A stretch of 64,000 nt of DNA from assembly GCA_037379345.1 (NCBI GenBank), contig CM074523.1, positions 29,790,995 to 29,854,994 of the forward strand. The letters are read 5' to 3'. This DNA is from Perna viridis. Lineage: Eukaryota. The position numbers and the translations under genes are program-made. The notes under the pieces were generated by a model. That model saw nothing but the letters and a program-made list of their open reading frames with translations. It was not told where the DNA came from and did no database searches. Within the stretch, counting starts at the first letter, position 1. Each line of letters opens with the position of its first letter. Shown here piece after piece: positions 63,526 through 64,000 of the stretch.

Positions 63526-63785
63526 TTGACTCCTTAGTCCCCTTGTGCAGAATGAGAGTTGTGTGTACGGAATCATAAATATGTTGTGGGTACGAGATAT
63601 TATCTTGTGGGAACGAGATATTTATCTTGTGGGAACGATATATGTATCTTGTTGGAACGAAATAGTATCTTGAGAGGACAGCATATTTTCTTGAGGGAAC
63701 GAGAAACTCATCTTGTTTGAACTACATGCTTTCTTGAGGGAACAACATAATATTTTTTTCTTCATGGCGCATTCTGCCACCGTAC
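63526..63785 (-). mobile_element. MITE with TACGG/CCGTA ends (copy 2)
   Basis: Reverse complement of 45429-45708. Confidence 0.8.
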
Positions 63786-64000
63786 GCATGGACTAAAGTG
63801 TGTTCGATTTAAAATCTTGAATTGATGGGGTTTCTTAGTTGATTTATCGTGTACACATTAAAGTCTTAGAGGTCAAAGTTAACATAAGGCTTGTTCCAAC
63901 TATTTATTTGGGTTTATTGAATTCCTTCTTTATGTAAACGCTAGTGTGACCTAGATGCACCTTTATTTTATTTTTGTTTAAGTGCAGTCGTCATTTAAAA

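Overview
AT-rich eukaryotic genomic DNA dominated by transposable elements. The repeat families and a mollusc-type membrane-anchor motif suggest a bivalve, probably an oyster (inference). Two host genes are supported. One is an intact 205-aa ORF made of two tandem copies of a glycine-rich all-beta domain (17710-18327). The other is a six-exon, apparently damaged type I membrane receptor gene (signal peptide, C-type-lectin-like domain, PAN/apple domain, second lectin-like domain, TM anchor; 31632-44862). Mobile DNA includes: a ~9 kb foldback structure (about 21150-29979) with C2H2 zinc-finger arms, a telomere-like core and a Polinton/Maverick-type AGTAGT terminus; a near-full-length Tx1/L1-clade LINE nested in a CR1-like LINE with a 7-bp TSD and an unexplained intact 328-codon hydrophobic ORF between ORF1 and ORF2; two degenerate RTE-X-like LINEs; a Penelope-like fragment; IS3EU-type and MULE transposase pseudogenes; Helentron/HINE-like elements; SINEs; MITEs; and minisatellites. 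No rRNA, bona fide tRNA gene or CRISPR array was seen. Coordinates and alignments were read by eye, and family assignments come from motif recognition, not database searches.
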